Part shown: one piece after another, positions 32,994 through 34,597 of the stretch
Position numbering within the stretch: the first letter of the stretch is position 1
Layout of the letters: the number at the start of each line of letters is the position of its first letter
Virus record (IMG/VR): IMGVR_UViG_3300008255_000292
Span: 1-34,597 of that record
Direction: 5' to 3' (one strand)
DNA: 34,597 nt
From: a virus
Taxonomy: Duplodnaviria; Caudoviricetes
Position numbers and translations under genes: made by a program
The notes under the pieces: generated by a model
Database searches by the model: none
The model's input: the letters and a program-made list of their open reading frames with translations, nothing else
What the model was told of the DNA's origin: nothing

Positions 32994-33523
32994 CTTGCGC
33001 TGCGCATAACCTTGCCAGTACGCGGATGTTGTTGACGCAGGACGACGTTGACCTTATTCGTCGCACCGTTGCCCGCTTCCCGCGCGCGAAGCCACTCGTT
33101 GTCGTTGACCTCGGTGCTGGTTCCGGTACGACTGCCGCTGCTGTTTTTGCCGAGCGCCCGGACGCACAAGTGACAACGTATGACGTCTACGAAGTGAACG
33201 TTGGCTGGGCACGGTTGTTCATTCACAACGCCTTCCCGCTGGCCGATTGGGTTGGGTATGTCATGGACTCCGTTGAGGCAGCGTCGATGTGGCAGCAGAA
33301 ATATGCCGACCTCGTCCTGATCGATACGTCACACGAGTACAGGCATACGGCGATGGAGCTCGCTGAATGGCACAACCGTGTGAAGCCTAGTGGATACGTC
33401 TGGTGCCACGACTACGAAGGTGACTATCCCGGTGTTCGGCAAGCTGTAAATGAAGCTGTCCTCGCCGGTTCGTTTGTGATGGTGGAGCAACGCGGGCTTG
33501 GCTGCGTGTTGAGGAAAGCATGA
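32990..33523 (+). CDS. class I SAM-dependent methyltransferase (Methyltransf_24-like)
   Basis: VDLGAGSG, DLVLIDTSHEY, HDY...PGV..AV. Confidence 0.85.
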   Translation: MTCAAHNLASTRMLLTQDDVDLIRRTVARFPRAKPLVVVDLGAGSGTTAAAVFAERPDAQVTTYDVYEVNVGWARLFIHNAFPLADWVGYVMDSVEAASMWQQKYADLVLIDTSHEYRHTAMELAEWHNRVKPSGYVWCHDYEGDYPGVRQAVNEAVLAGSFVMVEQRGLGCVLRKA

Positions 33524-34597
33524 AGGTTGCACTCTGGCCAGAATTCTCCGGTACGGACGACGGCGATGGTGGCGTGCGCCGGGTAGTCGAAGCGCAGCTC
33601 AAAGCGATGCCACGGCTTCGAGTTGAGTTCACCAACGACGTCGGCGACGCGGACCTGATTGCATGTCATATCACGGCTCCCGATCAGTACCTCCGCAAGT
33701 TCCCCGATAAGCCGCTCGTTGCCCACTGCCACGGTTTGTACTGGTCCGAGTACGAGTGGGAGAACTGGGCTTACCGGGCGAACGAGGATGTGCTCAAACT
33801 GGTCATGGCTGCAGATGTAGTCACGGCTCCCGCCGAGTGGGTATCCGTCGTCCTGCGACGTCACACCTGCCGTGACGTGCGTACGGTACCTCACGGCATA
33901 TCATTGACCGACTGGAGTGTACCGAGCAGTAACCGGGGCTACGTCCTCTGGAACAAGACTCGTGTCGACCCTGTTTGTGACATTGCACCGCTGAACGACG
34001 TCGCGCGCGCGTGCCCGGACATACCCTTCGTCTCCACGTTCGGCAACGCCGCACCGAACGTTACCTTGACCGGGCGCGTTCCGTTTGAGGCAGCGAAGGC
34101 GCTTGTTCGCAACGCCGGGGTGTACCTCTGCACAGCACGCGAGACGTTCGGTATTGGGACGCTCGAGGCGATGGCGTGCGGCGTCCCGATTGTGGGCTAT
34201 GACTACGGCGGGCAGGCTGAGATCGTCGAGAACGGCGTCGACGGGATGCTTGTTGAGCCGGGAAACATAGACGCCCTGGCCGAGGCTATTCGCTGGGCGC
34301 TGGGCAACCGGGTTACGGCAGGAGCGGCGGCGCGCAAAAAGGCACGAGAGTATCCGTGGACACGGGCCGCTACGATGTATCACGACATCTACAAAGAGGT
34401 AGTGGAGCGCTACGAGAAGCATGACAGCAACCCGCGCACGACTATCGTGGTCCCTGCGTATAACCTCGCGAAGTACCTTCCCGATACGCTGACTTCCGTC
34501 GCAGTACAGACGGACCCCGACTGGGAATGCATCGTTGTTGACGACGCCAGCCCGGACGATTGCGGCAAAATTGCGGAGGGGTTCGCAGCCAAAGATA
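33520..34597 (+). CDS. GT4-GT2 fusion glycosyltransferase (3' truncated by the window; not in the ORF track)
   Basis: ATG 33520 overlaps the upstream stop; ETFGIGTLEAMACGVPIV (GT4), then TIVVPAYN...WECIVVDDASPD (GT2); open to the window end. Confidence 0.88.
   Translation, partial: MKVALWPEFSGTDDGDGGVRRVVEAQLKAMPRLRVEFTNDVGDADLIACHITAPDQYLRKFPDKPLVAHCHGLYWSEYEWENWAYRANEDVLKLVMAADVVTAPAEWVSVVLRRHTCRDVRTVPHGISLTDWSVPSSNRGYVLWNKTRVDPVCDIAPLNDVARACPDIPFVSTFGNAAPNVTLTGRVPFEAAKALVRNAGVYLCTARETFGIGTLEAMACGVPIVGYDYGGQAEIVENGVDGMLVEPGNIDALAEAIRWALGNRVTAGAAARKKAREYPWTRAATMYHDIYKEVVERYEKHDSNPRTTIVVPAYNLAKYLPDTLTSVAVQTDPDWECIVVDDASPDDCGKIAEGFAAKD

Overview
A 34.6-kb GC-rich segment of a tailed dsDNA phage or prophage; almost all genes are on the + strand. 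It covers DNA packaging and head assembly: terminase small subunit, terminase large subunit with a LAGLIDADG intein, portal, three MuF/minor-head-region genes, an HK97-gp10-like protein, a multidomain prohead protease/scaffold and the major capsid protein, followed by a glycan biosynthesis cluster that runs off the right edge. The host may be Chloroflexota (inferred from a CAP-domain protein). Four unusual layers stand out. (1) Two head-region polyproteins are built from repeated motifs (EK-x4-RDAEGQFA; EKH..G.HDQ..HG), each preceding a different effector-like domain: JAB, HNH, RelA/SpoT-like synthetase with a candidate immunity gene, papain/transglutaminase-like protease and two ADP-ribosyltransferases. 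(2) The MuF intein carries its endonuclease (3xHTH + Vsr/DUF559-like) on the opposite strand, with its own promoter and RBS, while the sense frame stays open. (3) Twelve exact copies of TGACTTGAC, most forming sigma70-type promoter/RBS units, head clusters of small accessory genes throughout the structural region and often supply the upstream stop codon. (4) A tRNA-like element is followed by a hairpin whose loop is an extended anti-Shine-Dalgarno complementary to those units' RBSs. All functional calls come from motifs read by eye; no database searches were run.
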